From: Glycera tridactyla
Taxonomy: Eukaryota
Length of the DNA: 64,000 nucleotides
Direction of reading: 5' to 3'
NCBI GenBank assembly: GCA_965644265.1
Contig: OZ286471.1
Location: 46,872,001-46,936,000 of the forward strand
Part shown: in pieces, positions 54,301-63,300 of the stretch
How the letters are laid out: every line of letters starts with the position of its first letter
Position numbering within the stretch: position 1 is the stretch's first letter
Made by a program: the position numbers and the translations under genes
The notes under the pieces: model-generated
Seen by the model: only the letters and a program-made list of their open reading frames with translations
Database searches by the model: none
What the model was told of the DNA's origin: nothing

Positions 54301-57300
54301 GTATTTACTCACCCCTTCCTATTGATCTACAATATTGTGGAATTGGATACACTGTATCATCCAACAATATGTACTTCAATCTTGAGAAGCCATCTCGTAT
54401 CTCCGCAATACTTCATGCTTCAAACAGACCGATTTTTTGGATTAGTTAAAGAATATTGTCCAAAACATATGTAGTTCTCCCCTTTGGGAATTTCAGGCCA
54501 TCAATAGCTCCTAACTCGCTCGATTATTCAGTTTCACTTTATACAGAAAATACTACTATCACAGATTGCATGGACTCTATTGCCATCGCCATGATATATT
54601 TCATGATTCCATTCACTGCATTTTCCAGATGGTTGCTATATACCTACAGTTGGTGGAACTGCCAATGGTGCTAGCTGTGTCTTTCCATTTTTCTACGGAG
54701 GTGACAAATACTGGCAATGTACTGTCGTGAAGAACAACAATCAGGCATGGTGTTCTACAACTACCTTCTATGATGTTGACAAAAAATGGGGCAATTGTTT
54801 AGGTAGGCAAGTTGGTAATAGACTGCTTGTTTTGTTGTGAACTCAACTTGTTTCCATGGATTTTCATTTCATACTGATTGTGCCATGAATATATTGAATT
54901 TGTGATGCACGTCAATCTTGACCTGAAGTTTGTGAGTTGATTCCGAAGATTCAGAGAGTATCTTCGAAGCAGTCCTGCATGGCACTGATAAGTAACTGAG
55001 ATATCTGTAACCGGAACATTCTTACATCCGATTGTTGATTGTTACTCAATTCAACAGTGTGTGATTATGATATGTAGAATTTCGTTGAAGCAATTAACAA
55101 CTGTCAAATTGAATTGCACATTCACCAATTGACTATTTCCTGCATACTGCCTGCTCTACATTTTCCTAGATCTCAAATGTGGCGAATCCACCCTTGTTGC
55201 ATCGACATTAGTAACAGAGGCATCCTCATCGGCATCACCCAGGCCATCCATACTTCCCACACAGCAAGTCACTCTACCAGGTAATATACCTCTGGCAGCT
55301 ATATCATGAAGTTTCTGGCCATTCTCTAAAGGCATTAGGTGATTTCATACAAATGCAAACCCATACTACATCTGTCACAAAAAAGATTGCTTGTTGCTTC
55401 TGTGACTGCATGATCTGGAATTGCCATTTGGAGCCTGTTATCCAAAAATGCACTAGTTCATAAGTGATGGTTAATATCTCTGGAATGTCACTGAGGTGAA
55501 TTGGTCACCGATAATGACCAATGTCTATCTGTAATTGGTCGCATATTCTTCCCTCCTCTTCCAAACAGTATTCACTCAGCACTCCCTTTGATCTACAATA
55601 TTGTGGAATTGGATACACTGTATCATCCAACATTATGTACTTCAATCTTGAGGAGCCATTTAGTATCTCCGCAATACTTCATGCTTCAAACAGACCGCTT
55701 TTTTTGGATTAGTTAAAGAATATTGTCCAAAACTTATGTAGTTCTCCCCTTTAGGAATCCAGGCAATCAATAGCTCCTAACTCGCTCGATTATTCAGTTT
55801 CACTTTCTACAGAAAATACTACTATCACAGATTGCATGGACTCCATTTCCATCGCCATGATATATTTCATGGGTCCATTCACTGCATTTTCCAGATGGTT
55901 GCTATATACCTACAGTGGGTGGAACTGCCAATGGTGCTAGATGTGTCTTTCCATTTTTCTACGGAGGTGACAAATACTGGCAATGTACTGTCGTGAAGAA
56001 CAACAACCAGGCATGGTGTTCTACAACTACCTTCTATGATGTTGACAAAAAATGGGGCAATTGTTTAGGTAGGCAAGTTGGTAATAGACTGCTAGTTTTG
56101 TTGTGAACTCAACTTGTTTCCATGGATTTTCATTTCATACTGATTTGCCATGAATATATTGAATTTGTGATGCACGTCAATCTTGACCTGAAGTTTGTGA
56201 GTTGATTCCAAAGATTCAGAGAGTATCTTTGAAGCAGTCCTGTGTGGCACTGATAAGTAACTGAGATATTGGTAACCAAAACATTCTTACATCAGATTGT
56301 TGATTGTTACTCAATTCACCAGTGTGTGATTATGATATGTAGAATTTCGTTGAAGCAATTTACAACTGTCAAATTGAATTGCACGTTCACCAATTGACCA
56401 TTTCCTGCATACTGCCTGCTCTACATTTTCCTAGATCTCAAATGTGGCGAATCCACCCTTGTTGCATCAACATTAGTAACAGAGGCATCCTCATCGGCAT
56501 CACCCAGGCCAACCATACTTCCAACACAGCAAGTCACTCTACCAGGTAATATACCTCTGGCAGCTATATCATGAAGTTTCTGGCCATTCTCAAAAAGGCA
56601 TCAGGTGATTTTATACGAATGCAAACCGATACTACATCTGTCAAAAAAAAGATTGTTTGCCGCTTCTGTGACTGCATGATCGGGAATTGCCATTTGGAGC
56701 CTGTAATCCAAAAATGCACTAGTTCATAAGTGATAGTCAATGTCTCTGGAATGTCACTGAGGTGAATTGGTCACCAATAATGACCAATGTCTATCTCTAA
56801 TTGGTTGCAGATTCTTCCCTCCTCTTCCAAACAGTATTCACTTGGCACTCCCTTTGATCTACAACATTGTGGAATTGGATAAACTGTATCATCCAACATT
56901 ATGCACTTCAATCTTGAAAAGCCATTTTGTATCTCCGCAATACTTCATGCTTCAAACAGACCGCTTTTTTGGATTGGTTATGGAATATTGTCCAAAACAT
57001 GTGTAGTTCTCCCTTCTCGGAATTTCAGGCAATCAATAGCTCCTAACTCGCTCGATTTATCAGTTTCACTTTCTACAGAAAATACAACTCGCTTGATTTA
57101 TCAGTTTCACTTTCTACAGAAAATACAACCATCACAGATTGCATGCACTCCATTGCCATCTCCATGATATATTTCATGGGTTAAATCACTGCATTTTTCA
57201 GATGGTTGCTATATTCCTACAGTTGGTGGAACTGCCAATGGTGCTAGCTGTGTCTTTCCATTTTTCTACGGAGGTGACAAATACTGGCAATGTACTGTCG

Positions 57301-60300
57301 TGAAGAACAACAACCGGGCATGGTGTTCTACAACTACCTTCTATGATGTTGACAAAAAATGGGGCAATTGTTTAGGTAGGCAAGTTGGTAATAGACTGCT
57401 AGGTTCGTCGTGAACTCAACTTGTTACTGTGGATTCTAATTTCATGCTGAGTGTGCCATGAATATATTGAATTTGTGATGCACATATATCTGGACCTGAA
57501 GTTTGTGAGTTGATTCCGAAAGTTCAGAGAGTATCTTTGGAGCAGTCCTGCATGGCACTGATGATTAACTGAGATAATGGTGACCGAAACATTCTCACAT
57601 CCGATCGTTGATTGTTACTCGATTCAACAGTGTGTTATTATTTATATGTAGAATCTCATTGAAGCAATTTGCAACTGTAAAATTGGATCGCACATTCACC
57701 AATTGACCATTTTCTGCATACTGCCTGCTCTACATTTTCCTAGATCTCAAATGCAGCGAATCCACCCTTGTTGCATCAACATTAGTAACAGAGGCATCCT
57801 CATCGGCATCACCCAGGCCAACCATACTTCCAACACAGCAAGTCACTCTACCAGGTAATATACCTCTGGCAGCTATATCATGAAGTTTCTGGCCATTCTC
57901 TAACGGCATTAGGTGATTTTATACGAATGCAAACCCATACTACATCTGTCACAAAAAAGATTGTTTGTCGCTTCTGTGACTGCATGATCGGGAATTGCCA
58001 TTTGGAGCCTGTAATCCAAAAATGCACTAGTTCATAAGTGATAGTCAATGTCTCTGGAATGTCACTGAGGCAAATAGGTCACCAATAATGACCAATGTCT
58101 ATCTCTAATTGGTCGCAGATTCTTCCCTCCTCTTCCAAACAGTATTCACTCGGCACTCCCTTTGATCTACAATATTGTGGAATTGGATACACTGTATCAT
58201 CCAACATTATGTACTTCAATCTTGAAAAGCCATTTTGTATCTCTGCAATACTTCATGCTTCAAACAGACCGCTTTTTTGGATTGGTTATGGAATATTGTC
58301 CAAAACATGTGTAGTTCTCCCTTCTCGGAATTTCAGGCAATCAATAGCTCCTAACTCGCTCGATTTATCGGTTTCACTTTCTACAGAAAATACAACTCGC
58401 TCGATTTATCAGTTTCACTTTCTACAGAAAATACAACCATCACAGATTGCATGGACTCCATTGCCATCTCCATGATATATTTCATGGGTTAAATCACTGC
58501 ATTTTTCAGATGCTTGCTATATACCTACAGTTGGTGGAACTGCCAATGGTGCTAGCTGTGTCTTTCCATTTTTCTACGGAGGTGACAAATACTGGCAATG
58601 TACTGTCGTGAAGAACAACAACCGGGCATGGTGTTCTACGACTACCTTCTATGATGTTGACAAAAAATGGGGCAATTGTTTAGGTAGGCAAGTTGGTAAT
58701 AGACTGCTAGGTTCGTCGTGAACTCAACTTGTTACTGTGGATTCTAATTTCATGCTGAGTGTTCCATGAATATATTGAATTTGTGATGCACATATATCTG
58801 GACCTGAAGTTTGTGAGTTGATTCCGGAAGTTCAGAGAGTATCTTTGAAGCAGTCCTGCATGGCACTGATGATTAACTGAGATTATGGTAATCGAAACAT
58901 TCTCACATCCGATCGTTGATTGTTACTCGATTCAACAGTGTGTGATTATGATATGTAGAATCTCATTGAAGCAATTTGCAACTGTAAAATCGAATCGCAC
59001 ATTCACGAGTTGACCATTTCCTGCATACTGCCTGCTCTACATTTTCCTAGATCTCAAATGCAGCGAATCCACCCTTGTTGCATCAACATTAGTAACAGAG
59101 GCATCCTCATCGGCATCACCCAGGCCAACCATACTTCCAACACAGCAAGTCACTCTACCAGGTAATATACCTCTGGCAGCTATATCATGAAGTTTCTGGC
59201 CATTCTCTAAAGGCATTAGGTGATTTTATACGAATGCAAACCCATACTACATCTCTCACAAAAAAGATTGCTTGTCGCTTCTGTGACTGCATGATCTGGA
59301 ATTGCCATTTGGAGCCTGTTATCCAAAAATGCACTAGTTCATAAGTGATTGTTAATATCTCTGGAATGTCACTGAGGTGAATTGGTCACCAATAATGACC
59401 AATGTCTGTCTGTAATTGGTCACATATTCTTCCCTCCTCTTCCAAACAGTATTCACTCAGCACTCCCTTTGATCTACAATATTTTGGAATTGGATACACT
59501 GTATCATCCAACAATATGTACTTCAATCTTGAGAAGCCATTTAGTATCTCCGCAATACTTCATGCTTCAAACAGACCGCTTTTTTGGATTAGTTAAAGAA
59601 TATTGTCCGAAACATGTGTAGTTCTCCATTCTCGGAATTTCAGGCAATCAATAGCTCCTAACTCGCTCGATTTATCAGTTTCACTTTCTACAGAAAATAC
59701 AACCATCACAGATTGCATGGACTCCATTGCCATCTCCATGATATATTTCATGGGTTCATTCACTACATTTTCCAGATGCTTGCTATATACCTACAGTGGG
59801 TGGAACTGCCAATGGTGCTAGCTGTGTCTTTCCATTTTTCTACGGAGGTGACAAATACTGGCAATGTACTGTCGTGAAGAACAACAACCGGGCATGGTGT
59901 TCTACAACTACCTTCTATGATGTTGACAAAAAATGGGGCAATTGTTTAGGTAGGCAAGTTGGTAAAAGACTGCTAGGCTCGTTGTGAACTCAACTTGTTA
60001 CTGTGAATTTTAATTTCATGCTGAGTGTTCCATGAATATATTGAGTTTGTGATGCACATATATCTGGACCTGAAGTTTGTGAGTTGATTCCGAAAGTTCA
60101 GAGAGTATCTTTGAAGCAGTCCTGCATGGCACTGATAAGTAACTGAGATAATGGTAACCGAAACATTCTTACATCCGATCATTGATTGTTACTCAATTCA
60201 ACAGTGTGTGGTTATGATATGTAGAATCTCATTGAAGCAATTTGCAACTGTAAAATTGAATCGCACATTCACCAATTGACCATTTTCTGCATACTGCCTG

Positions 60301-63300
60301 CTCAACATTTTCCTAGATCTCGAATGCAGCGAATCCACCCTTGTTGCATCAACATTAGTAACAGAGGCATCCTCATCGGCATCACCCAGGCCAACTATAC
60401 TTCCAACACAGCAAGTCACTCTACCAGGTAATATACCTCTGGCACCTATATCATGAAGTTTCTGGCCATTCTCACAAATGCATCAGGTGATAATATACGA
60501 ACGCAAACCCATATTACATCAGTCAAAAAACAGATTGTTTGCCCCTCCTGTGACTGCATGATCTGGAATTGCCATGTTGAGCCTGTTATCCAAAAATGCA
60601 CTAGTTCATAAGTGATAGTCAATGTCTCTGGAATGTCACTGAGGTGAATTGGTCACCAATGATGACCAATGTCTATGTGTAATTGGTCGCAGATTCTTCC
60701 CTCCTCTTCCAAACAGTATTCACTCGGCACTCCCTTTGATCTACAACATTGTGGAATTGGATAAACTGTATCATCCAACATTATGCACTTCTATCTTGAA
60801 AAGCCATTTTGTATCTCTGCAATACTTCATGCTTCAAACAGACCGCTTTTTTGGATTGGTTAAAGAATATTGTCCAAAACATGTGTAGTTCTCCCTTCTC
60901 GGAATTTCAGGCAATCAATAGCTCCTAACTCGCTCGATTTATCAGTTTCACTTTCTACAGAAAATACAACTCGCTCGATTTATCAGTTTCACTTTCTACA
61001 GAAAATACAACCATCACAGATTGCATGGACTCCATTGCCATCTCCATGATATATTTCATGGGTTAAATCACTGCATTTTTCAGATGGTTGCTATATACCT
61101 ACAGTGGGTGGAACTGCCAATGGTGCCAGCTGTGTCTTTCCATTTTTCTACGGAGGTGACAAATACTGGCAATGTACTGTCGTGAAGAACAACAACCGGG
61201 CATGGTGTTCTACAACTACCTTCTATGATGTTGACAAAAAGTGGGGCAATTGTTTAGGTAGGCAAGTTGGTAATAGACTGCTAGGTTCGTCGTGAACTCA
61301 ACTTGTTACTGTGGATTCTGATTTCATGCTGAGTGTGCCATGAATATATTGAATTTGTGATGCACATATATCTGGACCTGAAGTTTGTGAGTTGATTCCG
61401 AAAGTTCAGAGAGTATCTTTGAAGCAGTCCTGCATGGCACTGATGATTAACTGAGATAATGGTAACCGAAACATTCTCACATCCGATCGTTGATTGTTAC
61501 TCGATTCAACAGTGTGTGATTATGATATGTAGAATCTCATTGAAGCAATTTGCAACTGTAAAATTGAATTGCACATTCACCAGTTGACCATTTCCTGCAT
61601 ACTGCATGCTCTACATTTTCCTAGATCTCAAATGCAGCGAATCCACCCTTGTTGCATCAACATTAGTAACAGAGGCATCCTCATCGGCATCACTCAGGCC
61701 AACCATACTTCCAACACAGCAAGTCACTCTACCAGGTAATATACCTCTGGCAGCTATATCATGAAGTTTCTGGCCATTCTCTAAAGGCATTAGGTGATTT
61801 TATACAAATGCAAACCCATACTACATCTGTCACAAAAAAGATTGCTTGTCGCTTCTGTAACTGCATGATCTGGAATTGCCATTTGGAGCCTGTTATCCAA
61901 AAATGCACTAGTTCATAAGTGATGGTTAATATCTCTGGAATGTCACTGAGGTGAATTGGTCACCAATAATGACCAATGTCTGTCTGTAATTGGTCGCATA
62001 TTCTTCCCTCCTCTTCTAAACAGTATTTACTCACCCCTTCCTATTGATCTACAATATTTTGGAATTGGATACACTGTATCATCCAACAATATGTACTTCA
62101 ATCTTGAGAAGCCATCTCGTATCTCCGCAATACTTCATGCTTCAAACAGACCGATTTTTTGGATTAGTTAAAGAATATTGTCCAAAACATATGTAGTTCT
62201 GCCTTCTCGGAATTTCAGGCCATCAATAGCTCCTAACTCGCTCGATTATTCAGTTTCACTTTATACAGAAAATACTACTATCACAGATTGCATGGACTCT
62301 ATTGCCATCGCCATGATATATTTCATGATTCCATTCACTGCATTTTCCAGATGGTTGCTATATACCTACAGTGGGTGGAACTGCCAATGGTGCTAGCTGT
62401 GTCTTTCCATTTTTCTACGGAGGTGACAAATACTGGCAATGTACTGTCGTGAAGAACAACAATCAGGCATGGTGTTCTACAACTACCTTCTATGATGTTG
62501 ACAAAAAATGGGGCAATTGTTTAGGTAGGCAAGTTGGTAATAGACTGCTTGTTTTGTTGTGAACTCAACTTGTTTTCATGGATTTTCATTTCATACTGAT
62601 TGTGCCATGAATATATTGAATTTGTGATGCACGTCAATCTTGACCTGAAGTTTGTGAGTTGATTCCGAAGATTCAGAGAGTATCTTCGAAGCAGTCCTGC
62701 ATGGCACTGATAAGTAACTGAGATATCTGTAACCGGAACATTCTTACATCCGATTGTTGATTGTTACTCAATTCAACAGTGTGTGATTATGATATGTAGA
62801 ATTTCGTTAAAGCAATTTACAACTGTCAAATTGAATTGCACATTCACCAATTGACTATTTCCTGCATACTGCCTGCTCTACATTTTCCTAGATCTCAAAT
62901 GTGGCGAATCCACCCTTGTTGCATCAACATTAGTAACAGAGGCATCCTCATCGGCATCACCCAGGCCATCCATACTTCCCACACAGCAAGTCACTCTACC
63001 AGGTAATATACCTCTGGCAGCTATATCATGAAGTTTCTGGCCATTCTCTAAAGGCATTAGGTGATTTTATACGAATGCAAACCCATACTACATCTCTCAC
63101 AAAAAAGATTGCTTGTCGCTTCTGTAACTGCATGATCTGGAATTGCCATTTGGAGCCTGTTATCCAAAAATGCACTAGTTCATAAGTGATGGTTAATATC
63201 TCTGGAATGTCACTGAGGTGAATTGGTCACCAATAATGACCAATGTCTGTCTGTAATTGGTCGCATATTCTTCCCTCCTCTTCTAAACAGTATTTACTCA

